From: an uncultured Prevotellaceae bacterium
GTDB taxonomy: Bacteria; Bacteroidota; Bacteroidia; Bacteroidales; Muribaculaceae
Direction of reading: 5' to 3'
DNA length: 64,000 nucleotides
Assembly: GCA_900317325.1 (NCBI GenBank)
Contig: ONGE01000001.1
Location: 161,891-225,890, forward strand
The notes beneath the pieces were generated by a model. The model did no database searches, was not told where the DNA came from, and saw only the letters and a list, made by a program, of their open reading frames with translations. The translations under genes and the position numbers were made by a program. Below, in pieces: positions 45,969 through 56,765 of this stretch. Position 1 is the stretch's first letter. Every line of letters starts with the position of its first letter.

Positions 45969-47333
45969 TCAGGACTTGCGCATGAGCTGGACGATACGGC
46001 TCATCTGGTTGGGGATGCGTATCTGCTGCGGACACTTGGACAGACAGGCTTCGCAATCGACACATTGGTTGGCACGGGCATCGGCAGGCAGAGCCTGGAG
46101 ATAGCCTGTGAGGAAGCGCTCCTTGCGCTCGGCATAGTCGGGTGCAGCAGGCACCGGCAAGGGCAGGATGTGCTGATTGACGGCCTCGTTATAGAAACTG
46201 AAGTTGCCCGGAATATCCACGCCGTAGGGGCACGGCATGCAGTAGGCACAGGCGGTGCAAGGGATGACGGGGATACCCGCCATGCCGTCGGCGATTGTCT
46301 CGAGCAGAGCGTTCTCGGCATCGCTACAGGGGACAAGCGGCGAGTGAGTGCGCACGTTCTGCTCCAGGTGCTCCATCTGATTCATGCCGCTGAGCGTGGT
46401 CAGGATATTGGGATGGGAACCCACCCAGCGAAAGGCCCACTCGGCCGGCAAGGCATCGGGACGCAAGGCCTGCAGCTGCTTGGCATACTCGTCGGGCATC
46501 TTGGCCAGCGCACCGCCACGCAGGGGCTCCATCACCACGACCTGGATTCCCGCTTTCTCGAGTTTATCGTAAAGGTACTCGGCATCGGCGTCCTGCTTCC
46601 AGCCCTCTTTGTTGAGCGAGGCATGGCGCCAATCGAGGAAATTCATCTGAATCTGCACGAAGTCCCAGTGATACTTGTCGTTATTGTCGATAAGCCAGTC
46701 AAACACGCGCACGTCGCCATGATAAGAAAAGCCCAGATGGCGTATGCGGCCCTTCTCGCGCTCGCCGACGAGGAAATCGAGCAGGCCGTTGTCGATGAAA
46801 CGGCTGTTCAGGTTGTCCAGTCCACCCTGCCCCACGCCGTGCATCAGATAATAGTCGATGTAATCCACCCGCAGTTCCTTGAAGGAATTCTCGTACATCT
46901 TCTTGGCCTCATCAAGCTGCCACAGGCGTTCGTTGTAGTTCGACATCTTGGTCGCCACATAGTATTTCTCGCGGGGATGGCGACTCAATGCGGTGCCGGT
47001 GATGCCCTCGTTAAGGCCGCCGCCATACATCGGGGCCGTGTCGAAGTAGTTCACGCCGTGAGCTATGGCATAGTCCACCAATTGATTCACCAGTTCCTGA
47101 TTCTCACGGGGCAAACGCATCATGCCGAAACCCAACAATGACACGTGCTCGCCCGTGCCGTGCTGCACACGGTAGGTCATGTGTACGGCCTCGTCAGGGA
47201 CAGTGCCCGGGATTTGACGGCTGCCGACAGTCGTGGCTGCCAGCGAACTTAACGGCTCCAAAGCCGCCATCGCCGCTGCCGAACCTGCAGTGATGCCGAG
47301 ACGGCGCAGGAATTCACGTCTATTAATGTCCAT
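45969..47333 (-). CDS. Tat-exported aldo/keto reductase with a C-terminal 4Fe-4S domain
   Basis: NRREFL twin-arginine, LGFGMMRLP, YFDTAPMY, MEPLRGG, CTACAYCMPC and CVDCEACLSKC. Confidence 0.92.
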   Translation of the reverse strand: MDINRREFLRRLGITAGSAAAMAALEPLSSLAATTVGSRQIPGTVPDEAVHMTYRVQHGTGEHVSLLGFGMMRLPRENQELVNQLVDYAIAHGVNYFDTAPMYGGGLNEGITGTALSRHPREKYYVATKMSNYNERLWQLDEAKKMYENSFKELRVDYIDYYLMHGVGQGGLDNLNSRFIDNGLLDFLVGEREKGRIRHLGFSYHGDVRVFDWLIDNNDKYHWDFVQIQMNFLDWRHASLNKEGWKQDADAEYLYDKLEKAGIQVVVMEPLRGGALAKMPDEYAKQLQALRPDALPAEWAFRWVGSHPNILTTLSGMNQMEHLEQNVRTHSPLVPCSDAENALLETIADGMAGIPVIPCTACAYCMPCPYGVDIPGNFSFYNEAVNQHILPLPVPAAPDYAERKERFLTGYLQALPADARANQCVDCEACLSKCPQQIRIPNQMSRIVQLMRKS

Positions 47334-47428
47334 AGCTGTAAAAATTTATAGTTTCTATATAGAAAAGCGTGTAGCAGGGCAAGCGTAGATACCCTGAAGA
47401 AAGGTTGTTCGTGTTGTCTGAGACAGAG

Positions 47429-48280
47429 TTAGAAGTCGCTGAAGAAATTCGGGCGAATCAAAATGCCGATGCGCAGGCGGCAGTGGTACTTGTTGTAGTC
47501 GAGCAGGTTCTCGCCGTAGCCGTCATAGAAGTGCAGCATCAGGTACTGGTTGTCCCTCTTGCTGAAGCGGAATCCCACATTCAGGATCGTGTTGAAGTTG
47601 AGGTTCCATCCCTTGCGTTTCACAAAGGTGACATCGGCCACCCAACGCCTGTCGGCCGAGATAAACTGTGAACCCACCTGGAAGATACCGCAGTACTTGA
47701 GAATGTCTTTGTTCTGCTGCCCGTCGATGATGGGAATCCAACTCTTGGCATACACCTCCAGACAAGGGTCAATAACCGCAGCATAGCCGAAGGTGACCTT
47801 ATTCCAGCTGCGCGATGCCTCGCCGTCACGTCCGTTGGACTCATGTTCAAGCATGATAGTGGCATTGCCCACAAGTTTTCCGTTATGCACAACCAGATTC
47901 TGGACACCGATACCGGGATTAAAGTTCAGGTCATGGAAGGGCAACGACTCCTCAAACACGTTCCAAATTGCCTTCTGTGAGTATTGCAAGAACAAGTGGC
48001 TGTGGAAGGGCAGGATGGACTTGGTGAGCCTGTGGCGGAAGCTGATTTGGAACTTCACGTCGCTGTTGAACTCGGTGGGTTTGGTGTTGAGTGCCGTACC
48101 ACCGACAAAGTAAGTGTCCTTGTAGATTCCAAAGGCGGGGCGGCTGTCAAAGTCATTGATAACGCTGTCCACATTGATTTTTTCTCGCTCCACGCCTTTT
48201 ATTGACGTAACTATCTGGCCCATCATAGGTAAACCGACCAGTGCCAGAATGACAAGAAATAATGCTCTCGTGTATTTCAT
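47429..48280 (-). CDS. pldA: Outer membrane phospholipase A
   Basis: VKFQISF, YSQKAIW, NFNPG, HESNG catalytic motif, SRSWN, YGENLLDYN. Confidence 0.9.
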   Translation of the reverse strand: MKYTRALFLVILALVGLPMMGQIVTSIKGVEREKINVDSVINDFDSRPAFGIYKDTYFVGGTALNTKPTEFNSDVKFQISFRHRLTKSILPFHSHLFLQYSQKAIWNVFEESLPFHDLNFNPGIGVQNLVVHNGKLVGNATIMLEHESNGRDGEASRSWNKVTFGYAAVIDPCLEVYAKSWIPIIDGQQNKDILKYCGIFQVGSQFISADRRWVADVTFVKRKGWNLNFNTILNVGFRFSKRDNQYLMLHFYDGYGENLLDYNKYHCRLRIGILIRPNFFSDF

Positions 48281-48322
48281 AACTTCAATTTTGTGATTTT
48301 TATATCGTTGTTTCTATTATCG

Positions 48323-49348
48323 CTAAAGTATTGTAAATCCTGCCGGAGAGATATCAGTATAGGTCATGATGATCTTGCCGTTCATCCACAAGTGAGTCCG
48401 AGACTTATCAGTATCGTTGTTATACTCATGAGTGAGCAAATACACATCATCGCCATAGGAATGGACCTCAACGGCATGTGAAGAGGTGCATTCCCATCCC
48501 GACAGGAAGTGTTCGGGAACACCATCGGTCCACATGGTAGCGAACGATTTATTGTTGTAATCATATTCAAAGCCTGCAGCATAGATGCGGTCGTTGCATT
48601 TCGTCACCGACTGCACGCTCCCAATGATGTACTCGCCTGCTTCCAACTCCCTGGGATAGCTGACAGGATAAATCTCATATTCCTTGTCGACCCAGACGGC
48701 AGGCAACGCCTCGATAAAGCCACCGATGATGGTGTGGTCACGGTCATAGGCATAGATAGCATGGCACTCGCCCGTTATGGCAGCCCCGGGCATGGGCAGG
48801 AACTCTTTCTTGTAATTGGTGTACAACACCGGCAAATAATGACCATCTGCGTCACCATTGTCACCGAAGCCATAACCGATTACATAGCATTTGCCTTCAC
48901 TCACAGCGAGCGCATGGGTGGCGGGAATGAAGTCATGGAAATCCTCAAGCGGGAAGATGCCGCTGTTCTTCAGCACGTTGGGAACATCCAGCAAATAGAG
49001 ATAATAATCCCATTTGCCGATACCGTATGTCCAGTGGTCCACATCATCGATAAAATCGACATGCAGGGTGTTCCACTTGCCGTTTTTCCAGTAACCTACA
49101 CGGCCCTTGGAATGGTTACCCGACACAAAATAGTCATCACCATCGGAAATGATTTCAGCGGCAAAAACACAATACGGCAAGTGCGCGACAGTATCACCGT
49201 ACTGGTCAAGGACATCGCCACTGTGGGTCAGCACCAGCACCGTGCGCTCGTCAACCGGCTTGATGGGGTTGACGGGTTCATCGTGCGAGCACGACGCGAG
49301 TGACAACAAAGTGATAGCCACAGATAAGCTATAAAAAACATATTTCAT
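48323..49348 (-). CDS. Hypothetical lipoprotein with beta-propeller-like repeats
   Basis: LASC lipobox; repeated YWKNG / VWVDK / MWTDG / LWMNG elements. Confidence 0.75.
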   Translation of the reverse strand: MKYVFYSLSVAITLLSLASCSHDEPVNPIKPVDERTVLVLTHSGDVLDQYGDTVAHLPYCVFAAEIISDGDDYFVSGNHSKGRVGYWKNGKWNTLHVDFIDDVDHWTYGIGKWDYYLYLLDVPNVLKNSGIFPLEDFHDFIPATHALAVSEGKCYVIGYGFGDNGDADGHYLPVLYTNYKKEFLPMPGAAITGECHAIYAYDRDHTIIGGFIEALPAVWVDKEYEIYPVSYPRELEAGEYIIGSVQSVTKCNDRIYAAGFEYDYNNKSFATMWTDGVPEHFLSGWECTSSHAVEVHSYGDDVYLLTHEYNNDTDKSRTHLWMNGKIIMTYTDISPAGFTIL

Positions 49349-49452
49349 GATATAACTAATTTATTAAGCATTTATCTTTTATTAGTTAGCGGTACATGTG
49401 TCGATAAAACCACGGTGTTCAAATCCATAGTTTCATTTCATCCATGAACGAT

Positions 49453-50838
49453 TCACTTAGTTCCTCCACCGAGGGCGATATAAAGGGCAATGATGGCTTG
49501 GGCACCATTGTACATATTTGTCGCTTCGTTGAGTTGGGCATTCAGGAGCGTTTCTTGGGCCGTCAGCACTTCCAGGTAACTGGCCTTGCCGTTGTCCATG
49601 AGTTCATGCGTTCCCTTGTAAGCGTCTTTTAAGACTGCTACCTGGCGGTGATAATAGCCATGCTTCTCCACCGCCGCCTGGCAGTCGGCCAGCGCATCAT
49701 TGACCTCGCTACCGGCTTCGATGACGGTCTGTACATACTTGTTCATCAAGTCCTCCTGGGTCAACTGGCTGATTTTCAGATTTGCCTTCAGTTTGCCCTG
49801 GGCATAGATGGGCTGGGTGAGCGATGCCACAGCATTGAGCAGTATTTTACCAGGATTTACCACCATCGAGCCCGCACTATTGGTCCATCCTGCCAGGCCC
49901 TGCAGGCTGATGGAGGGGAAGAATGCGGCACGGGCTGCCTGGGTGTTATAGAAAGCCTCTTCCATAGCCAGGTCGGCCAACTTGATGTCAGGTCGATTCT
50001 GCAGCAACTGTGCAGGCACACCAGTGATGAAACGCCTGGGCAGAGCATAGGTGCCCAAACGGCTGCGCTCGATATGCTGCGGGGTGATGGCCAACAGGCA
50101 GCACAAGGCATTCTCCATTTGGCGAATGTTGTTGCGCGTGTCCACAATCGATGTTTTCACGCTCAGGTAGGAAGACTCCATCTGATTAACGGCTGTGGAG
50201 TAGGACTTGCCGTTTTCCCACAGTATCTTTTGGGTCTCAAGCGAGATTTTCCACAGACTATCGGTTGCAGTGAGGATTTCCAGCTGCTGGTCGAGCAGGA
50301 GCAAGGTGCTGTACTGCTGGGCCACAGCCGAGATGATATTGGCACGGACGGCCTGCTCGGCAATATGAGCCTGCTTGAGCACCGCCTCAGCCTTACGTTT
50401 TTTACTCTTGATGGAACCAAATGCGTCAACATCCCAGTTGACCTGCAGCGGCAGGTTATAGGTCCAGGACGCAGCACTGCCTCCGAATGACCCGACCGTA
50501 CCCGATGGCGCCAAAACCACCGACGGGAAGAAGGCCTGCTTGGCAGCAGACAACGAAGCCTCGGATTGTTGTATGGCAATGCGCGCCGAATTGATGTCGG
50601 TGTTGTGCACGAGAGCGGTATCAATGAGCCGCTGCAGCAACGGGTCGATGAAAAACTCACGCCACGACAGGTCGGCGGCGGTCGTGCTGTCAAGCGTCAT
50701 GTCTACCCCCCTGCCGAAAACATCGCCGGGGACTGTCGCTTCGGACTTGTACTCGCTGTGTAAACCCTTGATCGTGTCGCAGCCAGACAGCGATAGCACT
50801 GCTACACACAAGGCGATTATCTTGATTGTTGTTCTCAT
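49453..50838 (-). CDS. TolC/OprM family outer membrane efflux lipoprotein
   Basis: LSGC lipobox, WREFF.DP.L..LI..AL..N, LLQNRPDI, YLEVLTAQ, LYIALGGG. Confidence 0.94.
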   Translation of the reverse strand: MRTTIKIIALCVAVLSLSGCDTIKGLHSEYKSEATVPGDVFGRGVDMTLDSTTAADLSWREFFIDPLLQRLIDTALVHNTDINSARIAIQQSEASLSAAKQAFFPSVVLAPSGTVGSFGGSAASWTYNLPLQVNWDVDAFGSIKSKKRKAEAVLKQAHIAEQAVRANIISAVAQQYSTLLLLDQQLEILTATDSLWKISLETQKILWENGKSYSTAVNQMESSYLSVKTSIVDTRNNIRQMENALCCLLAITPQHIERSRLGTYALPRRFITGVPAQLLQNRPDIKLADLAMEEAFYNTQAARAAFFPSISLQGLAGWTNSAGSMVVNPGKILLNAVASLTQPIYAQGKLKANLKISQLTQEDLMNKYVQTVIEAGSEVNDALADCQAAVEKHGYYHRQVAVLKDAYKGTHELMDNGKASYLEVLTAQETLLNAQLNEATNMYNGAQAIIALYIALGGGTK

Positions 50839-50874
50839 TGTCAGTTTTCAATTATTCTTAAGGTCCTTAAGACA

Positions 50875-53800
50875 TCAAAGTCCTTCCTGATTGCTGATTT
50901 CCGGCTCCTTGACGGTAGCACCTTGGAATTTCTCATGCAACCGCTGGAACACGATGAAGAACACGGGCACCACAAACAACAGGGCAAGTGTACCCACGGC
51001 CATACCGGCGGTCACGCCGAGGGCCAGCACGCGGTTACCGTTGGCTCCCGCACCACCGGCGATGATGAGAGGAATCATACCCGCAATCATCGTCACGACA
51101 GTCATCAAGATGGGACGCAGACGTTCCTCACAGGCGGCAAAGGCCGCATCGCGGATGCTCATGCCCTGGGCACGTCGTTCAGCGGCAAACTCGGTAATCA
51201 GGATGGCCGTCTTGGCCAGCAAACCAATGAGCATGATGACACCCGTCTGCAGGTAGATGTTGTTCTCCATACCCGGCAGGTGGAGCAATGATACCAACCA
51301 GATGGCGCCGAACGACCCCATCAGTCCGAAGGGCACGCTCAGCAGCACGGCCCACGGTGTGAACCACGAGTTATAGAGGGAAGCCAAGATAAGGAAGATG
51401 AGAATGACGCAGATGACATAGATCAGAGCCGTGGCATTTGAACCTGCAGCCTCCTCTACCTCACGCGACATGCCACCGTACTCGTAGCCGTATCCGTTGG
51501 GCATCTCCTGCTTGAACACCTCGGCAATGGCCTTGTGGGCATCGCCCTCGGAGTATCCGTTGGCAGTCATTACAGCGCAAGTGATGCTCTGGTACAGGTT
51601 GAAGTGATCAACCGATGCCGAACCGACGATTTCCTTTAAGGTAACGAACTCTGAAATCGGCGCCATCTTTCCACCCTGCACGCGAACAAAGATATTGTTC
51701 AGCGACGAGGGGTCAAGACGATACTCGGGCGCAGCATTGGCCATGATGCGATACACCTTACCGAACTGGTTGAAGTTGCCCACATAGGAGCCGCCGCAAT
51801 AGGCACCCATCGTGCGGAGCACTGCAGCGGGCGTCACACCTGAACGGTCACACTGTGTCGCATCGATGCTGACCTGATACTTCGGGAAACGTTCCGAGTA
51901 GGTGGACATCGCCAACATGATTTCAGGCCGTTCGTTGAGTTTCGCCAGGAACTTGGTCGCATCGGCATTGAACTCCGACATGGGGCGGTCCTGCATGTCC
52001 TCCAGCACCAGGTTCACACTGTTGTTCGAACCGTAGCCCGGCACCTGAGGCATCTGGAAGGGGATGACAATCGCATTCTTGATTTCCTTGCAATCCATGG
52101 CGAATCGTCCATACACCAACATGATATTGTGATTCATGCCGGAGCGGTCGTCCCAGTTCTTCAGGCGGATGATGAGCGTGGCATAGCAACTACCCGAGCG
52201 TCCAGCCATAATACCGTAGCCACTGATCACAGCATAGTTCTCCAGTTCGGGAATCTTCTTCACCTTCTCCTCCACCTTCTTGACGATTTCCTGGGTCTCA
52301 TGCAGGGTGCAACCCTCGGGGGCGCGCACCTCGGCAAAGAACACGCCTTGGTCCTCCTGCGGCACCAGTCCTGACGGCAGACCGCGCATGAAGAACACCA
52401 GCAGCACCGCAGTGATGGCAAGCAGAATCCACGCCAACTTCGGGCGCTTAATGAACTTGCTGACGCTCTTCTTGTACTTCTTGAGGATAGCGTTATAGCT
52501 GACTGTATAGGCCTTCTTGACGTAATAGTTCAGGTTCTTGCGCTCTTCCTTGGCATCGGAGTACCTCAGCATGATGGCGCACAGGGCGGGACACAGCGTC
52601 AGTGCCGATACACACGACAGACCCACTGCCGAAGCCAGCGTGACACCGAACTGCGTGAAGAACGAGCCCGACGTGCCAGGCATGAAGGCCACGGGGATGA
52701 ATACAGCCATAAATACGAGCGTACACGAGATGACGGCGATCGACACGTCGCTCATCGCCTCGCGGGTAGCACGGCGGGCATCGGTGATGCCGCCCTCCAT
52801 CTTGGCCATGACGGCCTCGACCACCACAATGGCGTCATCGACCACTGTACCGATGGCGAGCACCAGTGCGAATAGTGTCAATATGTTTAGCGAGAATCCC
52901 GCAAGCGACACAATGGCGAACGTGCCCAGCAGCGACACGATAATCGAGAGCGAGGGAATCACTGTCGCCTTGAAGTTCTGCAAGAAGAAGTAAACCACCA
53001 GGATCACGAGGATGATGGCGATGATCAGGGTCTCCACCACATTGTGGATAGCGGCAAACAGGAAGTCGTCGCTGGTCTCCAGAATCTCAAACTCCAAGCC
53101 TGCGGGCATCGTGGGCTTGAGTTCATCATACAACTTCTGGATGCGGGCATTCACCTCGGTAGCGTTGGCTCCGGGAGCCTGGAACACCATGTAGATGGTG
53201 CCCGGCTGGCCATCAATGTTGGACGTGAAGTTGTAGCTCACGGCACCAATCTCCACCTCGGCCACGTCGCTCAGGTGCAGCAAGTGGCCGCCTTCGCTGG
53301 TGCGCAACACAATATCGTTGAACTCCTCGACGGTTTTCAGCGTGCCCTTGTACTCCATCGAGTACTGGTAGGAATTCTCGGACTGCTCTCCCAGCGAACC
53401 CGTGGCAGCGACAAAACTCTGACCGCCGATGGCAGCGAACACGTCGTTAGGTTCCAGTCCGTACTGTGCCATCACATCGGGTTTCAGCCAGATGCGCAGG
53501 GCATAGGTGTTACCCAGCGATATCACGTCACCCACGCCGGTGATGCGCATCAGTCGGGGCTTGACGTTGATGTCGATGTAGTTGGAGATAAAGTCGGTGT
53601 CATACTTACCGTCCACGCTTTTCAGGGCGCCAATGTGCAGGATGTTACTCTGCTGCTTCATCACCTGCACGCCCACCTTCGTCACCTCGGCCGGCAACAG
53701 GGCTGTAGCACGGCTGACACGGTTCTGCACGTTCACTGCAGCCAGGTCGGGGTCGGTACCCTGCTCGAAGAATACCTGGATCGAGACATCGCCCGATGCC

Positions 53801-54051
53801 GAAGCCGAGCTGGTGATATAGGTCATGCCCGGCACACCGTTGATGTTCTCTTCGAGCGGCTGAACCACCGCCTTCATGATGGTGTTAGCGTCGGCACCGG
53901 TGTAGGAGGTCGACACGCGCACCGTAGGCGGCGCAATGTTCGGGTACTGCTCGATGGGCAGCGTGCTCATGCAGATGAGGCCCACCAGCGTGATGACAAT
54001 CGCTATCGCGCATGCCATCACGTATCGGTTAATGAAGATGTTGTTCTTCAT
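50875..54051 (-). CDS. RND efflux permease, HAE1 (AcrB-like)
   Basis: IFINR, LPIEQYPNIAPP, GTVVDDAIVVVE, PQEDQG, RLRPILMT. Confidence 0.95.
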   Translation of the reverse strand: MKNNIFINRYVMACAIAIVITLVGLICMSTLPIEQYPNIAPPTVRVSTSYTGADANTIMKAVVQPLEENINGVPGMTYITSSASASGDVSIQVFFEQGTDPDLAAVNVQNRVSRATALLPAEVTKVGVQVMKQQSNILHIGALKSVDGKYDTDFISNYIDINVKPRLMRITGVGDVISLGNTYALRIWLKPDVMAQYGLEPNDVFAAIGGQSFVAATGSLGEQSENSYQYSMEYKGTLKTVEEFNDIVLRTSEGGHLLHLSDVAEVEIGAVSYNFTSNIDGQPGTIYMVFQAPGANATEVNARIQKLYDELKPTMPAGLEFEILETSDDFLFAAIHNVVETLIIAIILVILVVYFFLQNFKATVIPSLSIIVSLLGTFAIVSLAGFSLNILTLFALVLAIGTVVDDAIVVVEAVMAKMEGGITDARRATREAMSDVSIAVISCTLVFMAVFIPVAFMPGTSGSFFTQFGVTLASAVGLSCVSALTLCPALCAIMLRYSDAKEERKNLNYYVKKAYTVSYNAILKKYKKSVSKFIKRPKLAWILLAITAVLLVFFMRGLPSGLVPQEDQGVFFAEVRAPEGCTLHETQEIVKKVEEKVKKIPELENYAVISGYGIMAGRSGSCYATLIIRLKNWDDRSGMNHNIMLVYGRFAMDCKEIKNAIVIPFQMPQVPGYGSNNSVNLVLEDMQDRPMSEFNADATKFLAKLNERPEIMLAMSTYSERFPKYQVSIDATQCDRSGVTPAAVLRTMGAYCGGSYVGNFNQFGKVYRIMANAAPEYRLDPSSLNNIFVRVQGGKMAPISEFVTLKEIVGSASVDHFNLYQSITCAVMTANGYSEGDAHKAIAEVFKQEMPNGYGYEYGGMSREVEEAAGSNATALIYVICVILIFLILASLYNSWFTPWAVLLSVPFGLMGSFGAIWLVSLLHLPGMENNIYLQTGVIMLIGLLAKTAILITEFAAERRAQGMSIRDAAFAACEERLRPILMTVVTMIAGMIPLIIAGGAGANGNRVLALGVTAGMAVGTLALLFVVPVFFIVFQRLHEKFQGATVKEPEISNQEGL

Positions 54052-54054
54052 AAT

Positions 54055-55227
54055 TTAGTCTTTCTTTTTAGCGGCGGTCGGGAACAAGACGCGCTGTCCT
54101 TCCTGCAGGTTGTTGGCGCCCACGGTCACAATGCGGTCTCCGATATTCAGGCCTTCAATCACGATGACATCCTTGCCGTTGCCGGCAGCGGTCGTCTTCA
54201 CGGTGACAGCAGTAGCAGTGCTGTCGGCTTTTACCTTATAGACCAGGTATTTGTCCTGCAGACGCACGACAGCAGTCTGGGGAATGACCATCACATTTTG
54301 GTGGCTATAAGGCAGCACTACCGTGCCCTGAATACCAGAGTACAGGACACCATTAGGGTTGGGGAAAGTGGCTTTGCATGCCAGCGAACCGGTTGTGGCA
54401 TTCACCACGCCAGTCAAGGTCGAGAAGCGTCCCTTGAGAGGATACTCGGTACCGTTCTTCATGATGAACGTCACGTCGGGCAGGTTGGCAAGGTTTTTGG
54501 CCTTATCAGTCTGGGTGTAGCCCGAAGACACTCCCGCCTCGAGGACAGACTCGGGAAGCGAGAATTCTGCCTCCATCTGCTGGTTGCCGCTGACGATGGT
54601 CAGCTGGGTGCCAGGCGATACCATGTCGCCGGCAAAAACAGAAATCTCGCCAACAACACCCGACACCGGTGAGGTAAGCGTGCAGAAGCCAAGATTCACC
54701 TTGGCGCGATTCAAGGCTGATTGCGCTTGAGAGACAGATGCCTTGGCCTGACTGACAGCAGCTTGTGCCTGCTTGTAACTGTTCAAAGAGTTCTCAAGCA
54801 TATAACTGCTTACAATTTTCTTATCGAACAAGTTTTTATTGCTTTCATACTCCAATTTGGCACTATTTGCTTGGGCATTAGCAGCCTGGAGGTTGGCTTG
54901 GGCGGCTTGGAGGTTGGCCCTTGCTGCCTCTACCTCATGCTGGGCATTGCGCGAGTCGATGACGAAAAGGGTCTGCCCTTTTCTCACTTGCTGACCCTCG
55001 GTCACGCAAATTTTCATCAACTGGCCGCTCACCTGGGGCGAAATCGTCACGTCGGCGCGTCCTTTCATTTTGGCGCTGAATTTCATGGGAGTCTCGATGT
55101 CGGTAGTGTCCACCACCATCGTTTCAAAAGACGACTCCGTCTCCTTGGGGATGTCAACACCGCAAGCGTTCATTATAGCAACCACGATGAACAGGGCCAT
55201 CCATTTCAAAACATTGTTTTCTCTCAT
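54055..55227 (-). CDS. RND efflux periplasmic adaptor (MFP)
   Basis: Lipobox MNAC, PQVSGQL, VRKGQTLF, helical hairpin, SPVSGVVG, IPQTAV, GLNIGDRIV. Confidence 0.93.
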   Translation of the reverse strand: MRENNVLKWMALFIVVAIMNACGVDIPKETESSFETMVVDTTDIETPMKFSAKMKGRADVTISPQVSGQLMKICVTEGQQVRKGQTLFVIDSRNAQHEVEAARANLQAAQANLQAANAQANSAKLEYESNKNLFDKKIVSSYMLENSLNSYKQAQAAVSQAKASVSQAQSALNRAKVNLGFCTLTSPVSGVVGEISVFAGDMVSPGTQLTIVSGNQQMEAEFSLPESVLEAGVSSGYTQTDKAKNLANLPDVTFIMKNGTEYPLKGRFSTLTGVVNATTGSLACKATFPNPNGVLYSGIQGTVVLPYSHQNVMVIPQTAVVRLQDKYLVYKVKADSTATAVTVKTTAAGNGKDVIVIEGLNIGDRIVTVGANNLQEGQRVLFPTAAKKKD

Positions 55228-55367
55228 AAAAGTATTTAGTTTAAAAACAAACCTTAATGTAACTTTCACATCTATATAAATTACAAAAGTAGTACCTTTT
55301 TTATTATCTTACGGAACAATCGCCACAAAAATCACCAGTTTCAGTAAAAAAACAAAAAAAAATAAGA

Positions 55368-55398
55368 AATGCGGGAGTCGTTTAGGGACTCCCGCATT
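55368..55398 (-). terminator. Terminator of the ior-aminotransferase operon
   Basis: 12-bp perfect stem AATGCGGGAGTC / GACTCCCGCATT followed by a long T-run on the minus strand. Confidence 0.8.
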
Positions 55399-55448
55399 GA
55401 ACGTGCGTGTATCAAATAAAATACAGTTTCTTAACAGGTCATAGTCGA

Positions 55449-56765
55449 TTACTCGATGGGATTGTTCTCGGCAAAGATGGCCATGCGATCGTCAAGGATT
55501 TTATACTGATGATCCTGGATGAACGAGGTGCAAACGCGCAGACCTTCCTGCCACGAACCGGTGGTGGCAAGGCAGATGGCACTCACGCCGTAGTACATCA
55601 GCTCGCGTGCCAACTGGCCACTGGTCATGTTACCGTAACCGATGGTGAAGTAGAAACCGTCGGCAATGGGCTTGTCACCATCCATACCGTAAACGATGCG
55701 GAAGCCGTGGCGGGTGAAAATCTCTTTCAACTTGTGAGCTCGCTCACCGTACACGATGACGTCGTCACGGAAGTGGTACTCGCCGTTGCTGGCAGCGTCC
55801 ATGATGGCGGCAAGCGCATACTGGGCGCTGTGGCTCGTGCCCGATGACAGGGCATAGAGCGTGCGGGTGATGAACACCTTACCGAAGGGCAGTCCATCGT
55901 AACGGGCCGACAAATCGGGATAGTGGCGGTTGAAGATGGCCGGACTGATGCAGGTCATCGCGATGCGCTCGCCGGCATAGGAGAATGCCTTACTGCCACT
56001 GATGTGCATGATGTAGTTGTCGGTATACTTTGCCACGCTGGGCTGGAAGGGCGGCTCAAAGGGCTTGCTGATGTCCAGACGGAAGTCCATGGCGAAGTAA
56101 GCCAGGTCCTCAAGCACGATCACGTCATACTTGGTGGCCAGCTCACCGATGTCACGCAACTCGTCGTCGGTCAGGCAAATCCAGGCAGGGTTGTTGGGGT
56201 TGCTGTAGATGAGGCAGCAAACATCGCCCTTGGCCATATATTCCTCGAGTTTGGCGCGCAATTTCTTGCCGCGGAACTCGTAGATGTCGAACGTCTCGTA
56301 GGGGACATCCTGAATCTCCAGCTGAAGCTTCTGCACGGGGAAACCGGGGTCGATGAAGAGGGCCTTGTTCTTCTTCTTGTTGCTTTGGGTGATGGTGAGC
56401 AACGAGGCGAACGTGCCCTGCATCGAGCCGACGGTGGGGATGCAGCACTCGGCGGGAATGTCAATGTCGATAAAGGCCTTGATGAAACGGGAAGTGGCCT
56501 CCTTGATCATCGGCTCACCGGGCAAGGCGGGATAGAGGCGGGCGCAACCGTTCTGCAGCGCCTTGATCTGTGCCTCGACACCGATCTTGGCAGCGGGCAG
56601 ACCGGGAATACCCATCTCCATCTTGATGAATTCCTGTCCCGACTCGCGCTCGGCGCGCTCGGCGATGGCCTTCACCTCACGGATGGTAGCGTTGGCATAA
56701 TCGATGATGCCATACTCGTCAATCGCGCGGTCGATGATCTCGCGGCTAATGGGGGTCGGTCTCAT
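55449..56765 (-). CDS. PLP-dependent aminotransferase, class I/II
   Basis: NPNNP, LEDLAY, SGSKAFSYAGER PLP-lysine motif. Confidence 0.92.
   Translation of the reverse strand: MRPTPISREIIDRAIDEYGIIDYANATIREVKAIAERAERESGQEFIKMEMGIPGLPAAKIGVEAQIKALQNGCARLYPALPGEPMIKEATSRFIKAFIDIDIPAECCIPTVGSMQGTFASLLTITQSNKKKNKALFIDPGFPVQKLQLEIQDVPYETFDIYEFRGKKLRAKLEEYMAKGDVCCLIYSNPNNPAWICLTDDELRDIGELATKYDVIVLEDLAYFAMDFRLDISKPFEPPFQPSVAKYTDNYIMHISGSKAFSYAGERIAMTCISPAIFNRHYPDLSARYDGLPFGKVFITRTLYALSSGTSHSAQYALAAIMDAASNGEYHFRDDVIVYGERAHKLKEIFTRHGFRIVYGMDGDKPIADGFYFTIGYGNMTSGQLARELMYYGVSAICLATTGSWQEGLRVCTSFIQDHQYKILDDRMAIFAENNPIE

Noticed and set aside
55344-55362. Poly-A tract as a slipped-strand promoter switch for the RND operon
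   Set aside because: It is explained as the U-tract of the adjacent minus-strand terminator
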